A stretch of DNA of 64,000 nt from Armatimonadota bacterium (GTDB lineage: Bacteria > Armatimonadota > Fimbriimonadia > Fimbriimonadales > GBS-DC), in assembly GCA_037444405.1 (NCBI GenBank), contig JBBIML010000013.1:52781-116780 (forward strand), given 5' to 3'. The notes beneath the pieces were generated by a model, which did not search any database, was not told the DNA's origin, and was given only the letters and a program-made list of their open reading frames with translations. Shown here one piece after another: positions 8,406 through 18,413 of the stretch. Numbering within the stretch: the stretch's first letter is position 1; each line of letters starts with the position of its first letter. The position numbers and the translations under genes were made by a program.

Positions 8406-9815
8406 ATGGCTGGGTCAGACAGGGTTGCCGGGATTGTGCTGGCGGCGGGCAAGGGCACGCGCATGAAGTCCGACCTCCCCAAGGCGCTGATGCCGCTGCT
8501 GGGTCTGCCGCTGACCGCTCATGTGCTGAATGCGCTGAAACAAGCGGGTGTTGACCCCATCGTGGTGGTGGTGGGGCACGGCGCGGAACAGGTGCAATCG
8601 GCGCTGGGCGAGGGCTATCTCTATGCGCTACAGAGCGAGCAGCTCGGCACGGGGCACGCCGCGATGCAGGCGATGCCGCTTATCCCCGACGGCATCACGC
8701 GTGTGGTGGTCGCCGCCGGCGATTCGCCCCTCGTGACGCCGGAGGCAATCTGTGCGCTGGTGGCACACCATCAGCAGGCAGGCGCACAGGCGACCGTCGC
8801 GACCGCGCTGCTGGACGACCCCACAGGCTACGGGCGAATCGTGCGCGATGGGCAGGGGCGCATTCTGGGAATCGTCGAAGAGCGCGACGCCCTGCCCGAA
8901 CAGAAAGCCATCCGCGAGGTGTGTACCTCCTTCTACTGCTTCGAAGTGTGCGTGCTGCGCGAGGCGCTGCCCCGCCTGAACAACCTCAACGCGCAGGGCG
9001 AGTATTACCTCACCGATGTGATTGGCATTATTGCGCAGGGCGGCGGCAGAGTCGAGGCGTGGCAATCGCCTGACCCGACACTGCTGATGGGCGTCAACAC
9101 GCGCTGGGAGTTGGCGCAGGCGGCAAACGCCCTGCGCGAGCGTATCCTCAAGCAGCTCTGTCTGGACGGCATCACCATTATCGACCCCGCCACCACCTAT
9201 ATCGACGCCACCGTGCAGATCGGGCACGACACCATTATCGAGCCGAACACCTACCTGCGGGGCAACACGCGCATCGGCGCCAGCTGCACGCTGGGTCCCG
9301 ACCTCTATCTGGAGGACACGCAGGTGGGCGACGGCTGTCGGCTGTTCCGCTCGCATATTGTGGGCGCCACGATCGAGTCGGATGTGAGCGTGGGACCCTT
9401 CGCGCATCTGCGCCCAGGCACAGTGCTGAAACGGGGCGCACGAATCGGCGATTTTGTGGAAATTAAGAACACGGTGGTCGGCGAGGAGACAAAGGTGCTC
9501 CATCTGACCTATCTGGGCGACGCGACGGTGGGACGACGCGCCAACATCGGCGCGGGCACCATCACCTGCAACTTCGACGGCATCCAGAAGCATCGCACGA
9601 TTATCGGCGATGAGGTGTTCGTGGGGTCGCATGCGACGCTGATTGCGCCATTGACGATTGGCGACGGCGCCTATATTGCGGCAGCCAGCCCCATCACCGA
9701 CGATGTGCCGCCCGATGCGCTCGCCATCGCCCGCTGCTACCAGACCATCAAGGAAGGATGGGCGCGCCGCCGCCGCGAATCGAAACAAACGGGAGGCAAA
9801 AGCGATGGGAGTTAA
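8406..9815 (+). CDS. glmU: Bifunctional UDP-GlcNAc pyrophosphorylase/glucosamine-1-P acetyltransferase
   Basis: LAAGKGTRMKS, QLGTGHA, NAQGEYYLTD, hexapeptide repeats and GAGTITCN. Confidence 0.97.
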   Translation: MAGSDRVAGIVLAAGKGTRMKSDLPKALMPLLGLPLTAHVLNALKQAGVDPIVVVVGHGAEQVQSALGEGYLYALQSEQLGTGHAAMQAMPLIPDGITRVVVAAGDSPLVTPEAICALVAHHQQAGAQATVATALLDDPTGYGRIVRDGQGRILGIVEERDALPEQKAIREVCTSFYCFEVCVLREALPRLNNLNAQGEYYLTDVIGIIAQGGGRVEAWQSPDPTLLMGVNTRWELAQAANALRERILKQLCLDGITIIDPATTYIDATVQIGHDTIIEPNTYLRGNTRIGASCTLGPDLYLEDTQVGDGCRLFRSHIVGATIESDVSVGPFAHLRPGTVLKRGARIGDFVEIKNTVVGEETKVLHLTYLGDATVGRRANIGAGTITCNFDGIQKHRTIIGDEVFVGSHATLIAPLTIGDGAYIAAASPITDDVPPDALAIARCYQTIKEGWARRRRESKQTGGKSDGS

Positions 9816-10767
9816 CGGGCAGGAAATCCTGCTGTTTGGGGGCAACTCGAACCCTGAGCTGGCAGAGAAGATCGCGGCTTATCTGGGGCGACCGCTGGGG
9901 CAGATGATCTGCACGCGCTTCTCCGACGGCGAGGTGCGCGTGCAGGTGCTGGAAAGCGCGCGCGGGATGGATGTGTTCGTGGTGCAGTCCACCTGCGCCC
10001 CCGTCAACGATAACATCATGGAGCTCCTGATACTGCTGGACGCCTTTCGGCGGGCGTCGGCGCGGCGCATCACCGCTGTGATCCCCTACTATGGCTACGC
10101 CCGACAGGACAAGAAGATTAAACCCCGCGAACCCATCAGCGCACGGCTCGTGGCGGACTTAATCACTGTCGCGGGCGCCACGCGCGTGGTGACCATCGAC
10201 CTGCACGCCGAGCAGATTCAGGGCTTCTTCGACATCCCGGTGGACCATCTCTACGCGGGTCCCATCATCGCCGATTACCTTATCAAGGAAGGCTATCGCG
10301 ACCAGAATATCGTGGTGGTGTCGCCCGATGTGGCGGGCGTGCCGCGTGCGCGGGCGATGGCGGAAGCGCTGGACGCCCCGCTCGCCATCATCGCCAAGCG
10401 CCGCCCCGAACCCAACAAGGTCGAGGTGATGGAGATTATCGGCGATGTGCAGGGACGGGTCGCCATCATGATCGATGATATGATCGACACGGGCGGCTCG
10501 GTGGTGCAGGGCGCGGAGGCGCTTTTGCGGCGGGGCGCTGAGCGCGTTATCGCCGCCTGCACGCATCCCGTGTTCTCCGGGAACGCCCCACAACGGCTCG
10601 CCGAATCGCCCATCGAAAAGGTCATCTGCACCGACACCATCCCCGCACCGCCACATAAGCAGTTCGACAAACTGGTGCGCCTGTCGGTCGCACCCCTGCT
10701 CGGCGAAGCCATCTCGCGCATTCACCGCGACGAATCGGTCAGCGAGCTGTTCCAGAACTATCGATGA
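9805..10767 (+). CDS. prs: Ribose-phosphate pyrophosphokinase
   Basis: FSDGE, PYYGYARQDKK and DDMIDTGGS; follows glmU. Confidence 0.97.
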   Translation: MGVNGQEILLFGGNSNPELAEKIAAYLGRPLGQMICTRFSDGEVRVQVLESARGMDVFVVQSTCAPVNDNIMELLILLDAFRRASARRITAVIPYYGYARQDKKIKPREPISARLVADLITVAGATRVVTIDLHAEQIQGFFDIPVDHLYAGPIIADYLIKEGYRDQNIVVVSPDVAGVPRARAMAEALDAPLAIIAKRRPEPNKVEVMEIIGDVQGRVAIMIDDMIDTGGSVVQGAEALLRRGAERVIAACTHPVFSGNAPQRLAESPIEKVICTDTIPAPPHKQFDKLVRLSVAPLLGEAISRIHRDESVSELFQNYR

Positions 10768-11684
10768 AGCACATCGTCTCGGTCAGCCTGGGGTCGTCCA
10801 AACGCGATAAGCGCAGCGAGGTGGAAATCGCGGGCGAGCAGTTTCTCATCGAGCGCATCGGCACGGATGGCGACCTGCGCCGCTTTCAACAGCTGTTCGC
10901 GGAGCTGGACGGTAAGGTGGACGCGCTCGGCATCGGCGGCGCCGATCTCTACATCTGGGTGGGCGACCGCCGCTATACCTTCCGCTCCATCCAGAAGCTG
11001 GTCGCCGTCGCTAAAAAGACGCCTGTGGTGGACGGCAGCGGGCTGAAAAACACCTTAGAGCGCGAGGCGGTACGCTGGCTCCAGCAGCAGGGCGTGATCG
11101 ACTTTTCGCGATGCACGGTGCTGCTGGTCGCCGCCGTCGATCGGTTCGGCATGGCGCAGGAGCTGGCGCGTCATGCCCGACAGGTGATTTACGGCGACTT
11201 CGTGTTCGCAATTGGGTTGCCCATCCCGATTCGCTCGTATCGCACGGTGGAGTGGCTTGGGCGTATTCTGTTGCCCATCATCACGCGCCTGCCGTTCCAG
11301 TGGTTCTACCCGACGGGCGAGAAGCAGGAGCAGCGCACGCCCCGTGCGCCCCGACTGTTCGAGCAAGCCGATGTGATTGCGGGCGACTGGCACTATATCC
11401 GTCGGTATATGCCTGATCGGCTGCCCGGCAAGCGCGTGATTACCAACACAGTACGCCGCGCCGATGTGGAGCTGTTGCGCGAGGCGGGTGTGGCGCAGCT
11501 CATCACCACCACGCCCGTGATTGAGGGCGAGACCTTCGCCACGAATGTGATGGAGGGCGTGATTGTCGCGCTCACAGGTCGCCATCCCGACGAGCTGACC
11601 CCACAGGACTATCTGGACGCCCTGCACCGTCTCGGCTGGCAGCCGGGCGTGCTGGATCTCCAGATGGCGGTCGCCTCCGCTTAG
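10764..11684 (+). CDS. Conserved hypothetical protein (family often auto-annotated quinate 5-dehydrogenase)
   Basis: VSVSLGSSKRD, ERIGTDGD, VDGSGLKNTLE and DRFGMA; coupled to prs by an ATGA overlap. Confidence 0.7.
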   Translation: MKHIVSVSLGSSKRDKRSEVEIAGEQFLIERIGTDGDLRRFQQLFAELDGKVDALGIGGADLYIWVGDRRYTFRSIQKLVAVAKKTPVVDGSGLKNTLEREAVRWLQQQGVIDFSRCTVLLVAAVDRFGMAQELARHARQVIYGDFVFAIGLPIPIRSYRTVEWLGRILLPIITRLPFQWFYPTGEKQEQRTPRAPRLFEQADVIAGDWHYIRRYMPDRLPGKRVITNTVRRADVELLREAGVAQLITTTPVIEGETFATNVMEGVIVALTGRHPDELTPQDYLDALHRLGWQPGVLDLQMAVASA

Positions 11685-13270
11685 TCGGGCGTTTCTGCAC
11701 TGCCCCAGCCGCCGCCGCCCGGCGTGCGAATGGTCAGGATGGTGTTGGGCGGCACTTTGACGGTTCCCTTAATGAGTTCGGTTTCGATGCGTCCGCCGAT
11801 GAGCAGGCGGTTCTGCCCGCGCTTGCCCGCTCTGCCGCCCTGCAAGCCATAGGGCGCGTGCCGACGGCGGTCAGTGAACAGCGTGAGCGTGGTCTCGGTC
11901 AGAAACTGGAAGGCGCGGATGACCCCATCGCCGCCCCGGTGTCGCCCGCGCCCGCCCGTGCGCTCCGCGAGCCGATACTCCAGCACGCGCACGGGGAACG
12001 CGCTCTCGATGGCTTCCACCGGCGTGTTGCGCGTGTTGGTCATATGCACATGGATGCCGCTGGCGCCATCGTTATCGGGGCACGCGCCCGCGCCACCCGC
12101 TATCGTCTCATAATAGACAAAGGGCTGCTGACGAACGGGGTCGTAGCCGCCGAAGAGCAGATTGTTCATCGTGCCCTGCGAGGCAGCAGGGATTCGGTCA
12201 GGCAGCGCCTGCGCCAGCGCGCCCAGCAGCGCATCGACGATGCGCTGGGCGGTCTCCACATTGCCACCCGCGACGGCAGCAGGATAGCGAGCGTTCACGA
12301 CCGTGCCTTCGGGTGCAATCACCCTGACAGGTCGCCAGCAGCCCGCATTCGTGGGCACTTCCATCGGCATTAGACAGCGCACCACATAGTAGCACGCGGA
12401 GAGCGTCACCGTTAGCGGCGCGTTCACACCGCCCACGCACTGGGGCGAACTGCCCGTGAAATCGATCTGGAGGGTGCCCGGCGCATCGGCAGGCACGCTC
12501 ACCCGCACACCGATGCGAATATCGCGCGTGCCCTGACCATCGTCGTCCAGATAGTCTTCAAACCGATAGTCGCCCGGCGGGATTTCACCCAGCACGGCGC
12601 GGGTGATCGACTCGCTGTAGCCCAGCAGCTGCTCGAATCGGTACAGCCAGCGTTCGAGACCTTCCTGCTCCAGCAGGGTTTTCAGGCGGCGGATGCCGAT
12701 GCGGTTCGCGCCGATCTGCGCGTGCAGGTCGCCCCAGCGTTCGTCGGGCGTGCGCACATTCGCCAGCAGCAGTTGCACCACATCGGCCTGCAGCGTGTCG
12801 TGGCGCAGCAGGTGGACAGGCGGGATGCGTAGCCCTTCTTCGAAGATTTCGGTGGCGAGCGGCATGGAGCCAGGCGCGGCGCCGCCTGTGTCGGCATGGT
12901 GCGCCCGATTCGCCACGAAGCCCACACACTGACCCCGCACGAAAACGGGCGCGATCAGCGTCCAGTCGGGCAGATGCGTGCCCGCCTGATAGGGGTCGTT
13001 GGTCAGTACCATATCGCCCTCGCGCCACTCGATGCGGGGCAACAGCCACTCCATCAGCAGCGGCATCGCGCCCAGATGCACGGGGATATGCGCCGCCTGC
13101 GCGATCAGCCGTCCCTGCGCGTCGAACAGCGCACAGGAGTAGTCGCGCCGCTCCTTGATGTTGGGCGAGCATGCCGAATGCTCCAGCACGCGCCCCATCT
13201 CTTCAGGTATCGCGCTTAACCGCTCGTGATAGAGCCACACCCGCGCCGGGTCAAATCGCGCCGTGTCCAT
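11681..13270 (-). CDS. Hydantoinase B/oxoprolinase subunit
   Basis: [35 protein letters not shown] and TPGGGGWG. Confidence 0.92.
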   Translation of the reverse strand: MDTARFDPARVWLYHERLSAIPEEMGRVLEHSACSPNIKERRDYSCALFDAQGRLIAQAAHIPVHLGAMPLLMEWLLPRIEWREGDMVLTNDPYQAGTHLPDWTLIAPVFVRGQCVGFVANRAHHADTGGAAPGSMPLATEIFEEGLRIPPVHLLRHDTLQADVVQLLLANVRTPDERWGDLHAQIGANRIGIRRLKTLLEQEGLERWLYRFEQLLGYSESITRAVLGEIPPGDYRFEDYLDDDGQGTRDIRIGVRVSVPADAPGTLQIDFTGSSPQCVGGVNAPLTVTLSACYYVVRCLMPMEVPTNAGCWRPVRVIAPEGTVVNARYPAAVAGGNVETAQRIVDALLGALAQALPDRIPAASQGTMNNLLFGGYDPVRQQPFVYYETIAGGAGACPDNDGASGIHVHMTNTRNTPVEAIESAFPVRVLEYRLAERTGGRGRHRGGDGVIRAFQFLTETTLTLFTDRRRHAPYGLQGGRAGKRGQNRLLIGGRIETELIKGTVKVPPNTILTIRTPGGGGWGSAETPD

Positions 13271-13282
13271 CGCCCGTTAACC

Positions 13283-14122
13283 TTACCCCACCCCCTTCAG
13301 CCACCACCAGACCCACGGCGCACTGAACAGGAAGCTGTCGAACCGATCCAGAACGCCACCGTGCCCGGGCAGCAGATTACCGAAATCTTTGATGCCGAGG
13401 GCGCGTTTGAGCGACGATTCGAACAGGTCGCCCAGCTGTCCCAGAATGCCGACGCCCGCGCCCACCAGCGCCGCTTTCCACAGGGGCAGGCTGAGCCATG
13501 CGCTGCCTGCCAGCCCTATCAGCAGGCAGCAGGCGAAGTTGGCAATCGCGCCCTCCACGCTCTTGGCGGGGCTGAGCGCCGGCGCGAGCCGATGACGCCC
13601 GACGGCACGCCCCACAAAGTACGCCATCGAGTCGCCCAGCCAGAGCATCGCCATCAGCCACAGCACGAGCAGCGCGCCCCGCTCCAGCTGCCAGCCGCTG
13701 AGCGCGACAGGCACGAAGTCAGCATGCAGGCGCACCCCGAACGCCATCAGCCAGCCGATATAGAGCGCGGCGAACAGCCCCAGCCCGATATTCGCGCCCA
13801 CTATCCGCCCCGGATGGCGCCACGCCAGCGTCAGCTCCCACAGGGCAGCCACACCGAGCGCGATCAGCAGCGTCCGCTCCAGCAGGAGTTCAGCGAAGGC
13901 GCGGGTCAGCAAAGGCAGCAACGCGCCCCACACCAGCAAGGGCAGGCTTGGCATCAGGCGCGGCGGCTCCCGCACCGCGCTATACGCACGGGCGAACTCC
14001 GTCAGCCCTGACGCCGTTAGCACGCTCATCACCAGCGCGAACAGCCAGCCACCCGGCGCCAGCACCGCCACCAGAAAGAGCGGAATGCCCACCAGCGCGG
14101 TCAACACGCGAACTCTCAGCAT
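13283..14122 (-). CDS. cdsA: Phosphatidate cytidylyltransferase
   Basis: SPAKSVEG and GDLFESSLKR...KDFG..LPGHGGVLDRFDS. Confidence 0.95.
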   Translation of the reverse strand: MLRVRVLTALVGIPLFLVAVLAPGGWLFALVMSVLTASGLTEFARAYSAVREPPRLMPSLPLLVWGALLPLLTRAFAELLLERTLLIALGVAALWELTLAWRHPGRIVGANIGLGLFAALYIGWLMAFGVRLHADFVPVALSGWQLERGALLVLWLMAMLWLGDSMAYFVGRAVGRHRLAPALSPAKSVEGAIANFACCLLIGLAGSAWLSLPLWKAALVGAGVGILGQLGDLFESSLKRALGIKDFGNLLPGHGGVLDRFDSFLFSAPWVWWWLKGVG

Positions 14123-14206
14123 CGCTCCTGCCTGCCATCAGGCAACCCTACTATACACTATCGGGGAGCGGGAAGTCAAGAATCGATGCAGGGTAGACTC
14201 TGAACT

Positions 14207-16876
14207 GTGCAGGCGCCGCCTATTTTGGACAGACTGGCTGCGCAACCGCTGAAGCAGGGCTGGGAACTGCACGCGCCAGCACTGGGCGTGCGGAAAGCAA
14301 TCGGGGAACCCTGCGTGTGGGAGGACGCGGGGCTGCCAAAGGCATTTGAGGGACCCGTGGAATACCACCTTGAGTTCGCAATCAAGCCTCGCCCGCATCG
14401 TCGCTACTGGCTCCATTTCGGCGGCGTGAGCTATGAGGTGGAAGGCTGGCTGAACGGGCAACCCATCGGCACCCATCGCGGCATCTGGCACTCGTTCGGC
14501 TGGGAGTTAACATCCGCGCTCACAGAGGGCACGAACCGCCTGCGCCTGCAGGTCATCAAAAACGGCGGGCGACGGTTCCCCGTGCCGCAGGTGCTGAGTG
14601 GATTCCTGCCCTATGTCTCCAGCACCTTCGGGGGCATCTGGCAGCCCGTGCATCTGTTCCACACGGGCGATGCCTGGCTCAGCGACCTCTATGTTCGGGG
14701 CGAGGCTGACGGCACGCTCCGAATCGAGGGGGTTATTGAGGGCGAGGGCGAGCCAGAACTGCGACTGAAGATTTTTGATGGGCGACAACTTCGGCACGAA
14801 ACCCGCCAGCGAGCGCAGGGCGCGTTTGAGTATGAAACCCGCCTTGCGGGCATCGTGCCGTGGTCGCCGCAGGAGCCGAAGCTCTATCGCTGTCGGGCAG
14901 AGGTGTGGCTCGGTGGCAGGCTCTCACACCGCGTGGAGCGACACTTCGGCTTTCGCACGCTCTCGGTGGACGGCTGGCGCATTTTGCTCAATGGTCAGCC
15001 GTTCTATCCGCGCGGGCTGCTGCACTGGGGCTGGTATCTGCACACACATGCGCCCGCGCCGCCTCCCGAAACAGTTAGGCGCGAGTTGGAACACCTGCGC
15101 GAGCTGGGCTTCAATATGCTCAAGGCATGCCTGTGGGTGCCGCCACGCGACTATCTGGAGCTGTGCGACCGAATGGGCGTCGCGCTCTGGCTGGAACTGC
15201 CTCTCTGGCTGCCGCAGATGAACAGCGAGCAAATCGAGCAGGTCAAACGCGAGTACGAGGCGATTGTGCGGCAGGTGCGCTCGCATCCTTCGATCCTCAT
15301 CTGGACACTGGGCTGCGAGCTATCCGATCGATTCCCGTCCGACGCGCTGGGCGAGCTGTACGCGCTGGTCAAGCGGCTCACGGGCAGCCCGCTGGTGCGC
15401 GATAATAGTGGGGGTGGCGAGTGCTACGGCGGCGCATTGCGCGAGTATGCCGACTTCGCCGATTATCATCTTTACACCGACCTGCCCTTCGTGCGTACAA
15501 CTTTTCGCGATTTTCTTGAACGCATTCGCCCGCCCACGCCGTGGCTGCAGGGCGAGTTTTGCGACCACGACACGCTGCGCGATTTCGCAAGCCTGCGCGA
15601 GCGCACCGAGCCACGCCATCTCTGGTGGCTGGAACGCGACCCGCAGGTCAACCCGCAGGGCGTGCGCTGGTTCTACGAGACGCCGTTCGTCGAGGAGCGA
15701 CTGCAGCGGAAGGGATTAACGCCCTACCTTCGCCAGCTGGTACAGACCTCACGGCAGGAGCTATGGGTGCATCACAAGTTCGTGCTGGAGCGGGTGCGGG
15801 CGATGGCAGGCACTTCGGGCTACATCGTGACGGGGCTGAAAGATACGCCGATTGCCACCGCTGGTTTGCTCGATGAGCATGGCGAGCCGAAGGTTCTCCC
15901 TGACTATCGCATGTTCAACGACGACACGGTGTTGCTGCTGGATTGGCATCGGCGGCGGGTGTGGCAGGCGGGCGGCGACCGCCCTGCGAACCCTGACCCG
16001 TTCAATCACTTCGGCGGGCAGACGCTCTACCCGACGCTGGCGGTCTCCCATTTCGGGGCGCCCATCGCCGACGCCGAACTGCGCTGGCGCGTGTGCTGCG
16101 GCAGAATGCGCAGATCGGGCACTGTGAAGCCGATTCAGCTGCAGGGCGGCACAGTGAGCGCGCTGACGATGCTGGAGCTGCCCGTGCCCGAAGTCAAAAC
16201 GCCGCGCGCGCTGACCCTGGAAGCCGAGCTGGTCGCAGGTGGGCGGCGGATAGCATTCAACCGCTGGAATCTGTGGCTCTATCCGCGCCCCGACTGGCAG
16301 CAGATGGTGCAGCGATGCGTCCTGTACGACCCTGATGGGAGCCTGATTGACCTGCCTGTCGTCGATGAGGTGTTCCTGCCCCTTGCGCGCGTGAACTGGT
16401 TCCGTGAACGCCTGTTGCTGGCGACGCGCTGGGCAGACTGGTTGCGGGCTTACCTGAATCATGGCGGGCGTGTCCTGCTCATCCTCACCGATGGCGCGTC
16501 GCTAACGCAGGAGCGGCTCCCCTTCTGGCGCGAATCGGTTCACCTGTTCTATCCTCATCCGCTCTGGAAGCGTCTGGGAGCTATCCAGCATGCGGACGAG
16601 CGGCTGTTCGCCTTCAGCACGGATCGCGCCCTGCGGCGGGAGTGGTCGCAGATAGACCCCTACGCTGTGTGGGAATCGATCTGGCAACGGGTGGACGCCC
16701 GCACGGGCTATTTAACCGATTATCTGGCGGAGGTTCGTCTGGATAAGGGGCGCATGCTCGTCACCACTCTGCACTTTGCGGGCTGGCTGGGCGACACGCC
16801 AGTCAGCCTGCGCTATCACCCTGCAGGGCAATACTGGCTCGCGCAGATGCTGCGCTACCTGCGGAGCTCCAGATAG
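14207..16876 (+). CDS. Glycoside hydrolase family 2-like
   Basis: LHFGGV...WLNG..IG.H, GGIWQPV, WSPQEPKLY, FGFR, CDRMG and HPSILIWTLGCE. Confidence 0.8.
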   Translation: MQAPPILDRLAAQPLKQGWELHAPALGVRKAIGEPCVWEDAGLPKAFEGPVEYHLEFAIKPRPHRRYWLHFGGVSYEVEGWLNGQPIGTHRGIWHSFGWELTSALTEGTNRLRLQVIKNGGRRFPVPQVLSGFLPYVSSTFGGIWQPVHLFHTGDAWLSDLYVRGEADGTLRIEGVIEGEGEPELRLKIFDGRQLRHETRQRAQGAFEYETRLAGIVPWSPQEPKLYRCRAEVWLGGRLSHRVERHFGFRTLSVDGWRILLNGQPFYPRGLLHWGWYLHTHAPAPPPETVRRELEHLRELGFNMLKACLWVPPRDYLELCDRMGVALWLELPLWLPQMNSEQIEQVKREYEAIVRQVRSHPSILIWTLGCELSDRFPSDALGELYALVKRLTGSPLVRDNSGGGECYGGALREYADFADYHLYTDLPFVRTTFRDFLERIRPPTPWLQGEFCDHDTLRDFASLRERTEPRHLWWLERDPQVNPQGVRWFYETPFVEERLQRKGLTPYLRQLVQTSRQELWVHHKFVLERVRAMAGTSGYIVTGLKDTPIATAGLLDEHGEPKVLPDYRMFNDDTVLLLDWHRRRVWQAGGDRPANPDPFNHFGGQTLYPTLAVSHFGAPIADAELRWRVCCGRMRRSGTVKPIQLQGGTVSALTMLELPVPEVKTPRALTLEAELVAGGRRIAFNRWNLWLYPRPDWQQMVQRCVLYDPDGSLIDLPVVDEVFLPLARVNWFRERLLLATRWADWLRAYLNHGGRVLLILTDGASLTQERLPFWRESVHLFYPHPLWKRLGAIQHADERLFAFSTDRALRREWSQIDPYAVWESIWQRVDARTGYLTDYLAEVRLDKGRMLVTTLHFAGWLGDTPVSLRYHPAGQYWLAQMLRYLRSSR

Positions 16877-17769
16877 TCGATGAACTCGTCGGTGGCGTCG
16901 CGGGCAGTGGGCGAATCGGAGAGCCGATAGCCTCTCATGCGCGCCCATTCGCGTGCCATCTCGCGCAGGATGCGCTGGGTGAGCCGATTCGCTGCACGCT
17001 GGCTTTGTAGAACTTTCTCGCCAAAAGTATCACCCGGCGATACAACGCTGAGGGCGGGCACCTGCAGGTGCTTCGCGGGCGCCTGACTTGATTCGGCAGG
17101 TGGCATATAGCGTTCGATCAGGTTCGGCTGCTGACGCATCAGCTGGTCAACCTCCTGCTCCACCTGGCGGATGAACTCGCGGCGGCGGGCGCGCAGGCGC
17201 ACTTCGATCTCCTGCTCCACGCGCTGTAATCGCGCCTGCAGCTGCTGGCGCAAAGCCTGGTCCTGCTGTCGCCAGCGGTCATCCAGCGCGGTCAGTTGCT
17301 GCTGGAGTTGCCTGTAGCGCTCAGAATCGGGTGAGAGTTGCGCCATCTCGGTCAGCAGGGGGAGCCGCGTGCGCCCATGCTTTTCGAAAGCCGCCCGCCA
17401 TTCCGCCAGCCATTCGGCGCGAATCGAATCCAGATCGTACTCCGCCTGCAGTTCAGCACGCCACTGCCGTTCCAGTTTTTCTAATGGCTCAAGGCGGATC
17501 TGCAGCAAGCGTTCGCGCACGGCTTCGCGCTGCTGATGGATGGCGTCGTGGGCTTGCTCGCGGCGGCGACTGAGCGTGTCGGGCGTTGCGGGCGCTTCGA
17601 CAGGGGGTAGCCCGGCGCGGGCAGCCGGCGCGTCCTGCACAACAGGCAGCTTCGGGGCAGGAGCAGAAACAGGCTGGGGCAGGCGTGCCATCACACGCTC
17701 AAAGTCGATGCGCACCAGCTCCGTCCGACGCGACTGACACGCGCCCAGCAGCAGCGCCAGCCCCAGCAT
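16855..17769 (-). CDS. Putative lipoprotein, coiled-coil, Skp/OmpH-like ends
   Basis: LLLGAC lipobox-like motif, IDFERVM and D(A)TDE resembling the Skp termini; start uncertain. Confidence 0.6.
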   Translation of the reverse strand: MLGLALLLGACQSRRTELVRIDFERVMARLPQPVSAPAPKLPVVQDAPAARAGLPPVEAPATPDTLSRRREQAHDAIHQQREAVRERLLQIRLEPLEKLERQWRAELQAEYDLDSIRAEWLAEWRAAFEKHGRTRLPLLTEMAQLSPDSERYRQLQQQLTALDDRWRQQDQALRQQLQARLQRVEQEIEVRLRARRREFIRQVEQEVDQLMRQQPNLIERYMPPAESSQAPAKHLQVPALSVVSPGDTFGEKVLQSQRAANRLTQRILREMAREWARMRGYRLSDSPTARDATDEFIDYLELRR

Positions 17770-17774
17770 ATAGG

Positions 17775-18380
17775 CTACTTCTTGGCATTTAATCGCTTGA
17801 TCACCTCGTCGGTCAGGTCGTTCTCGCAATACAGCACGGCATCCGCAGCGAACACCAGCTGTACCTTCTTCTCTTTGGCAACCTGTGCGATCACCTCGCG
17901 AATGCGTTTCTGCACCTCGTTGCGCCGCGTTTCCGCCTGCTTGCTGAACTCCTGGCTCCACTGCTGTTGCAGCACCTGCAGGGCGTCCTGACTGCGCCGC
18001 TCCATCTGCGTGAAGCGTTCCAGCGCTGCCTTCTCGGTCTCGGACAGGTTCGCCTTCTGGCGCAGTGACTGCAGTTCATCTGAGCGCTGGCGAGCCGTCT
18101 TCTTGAGTGTCTCCAGTTGCTGTTTCTGCTGGTCGTTCGGGTTTGCCACCAGCAGCAGGGTCACCATCTGCTGTCGCTCCTCGTCGGTCAGGATGAGATG
18201 TTCCTGCAGGCTTTGCAGGGCTTGCTGATAGCGCTGTTGAAGGGTTTGCAGTTCGCGCAGGCTATCCTGCGTGAGTTGCGACTCGTTGATGATGCGCTCG
18301 TAGTCGACCACGCCGAAAGTCTGGGCTTGCGCCAGGGCGACCAGCGCCGCAAAAATCGTAATCCCTGTGATAATCCGCAT
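17775..18380 (-). CDS. skp: Periplasmic chaperone Skp/OmpH
   Basis: Signal peptide, GVVDYERI and VAKEKK..LV...DLTDEVIKRLN; adjacent to bamA. Confidence 0.85.
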   Translation of the reverse strand: MRIITGITIFAALVALAQAQTFGVVDYERIINESQLTQDSLRELQTLQQRYQQALQSLQEHLILTDEERQQMVTLLLVANPNDQQKQQLETLKKTARQRSDELQSLRQKANLSETEKAALERFTQMERRSQDALQVLQQQWSQEFSKQAETRRNEVQKRIREVIAQVAKEKKVQLVFAADAVLYCENDLTDEVIKRLNAKK

Positions 18381-18413
18381 TTTGTCTACCTCCCTGTAGC
18401 AGTAGTATACCCG

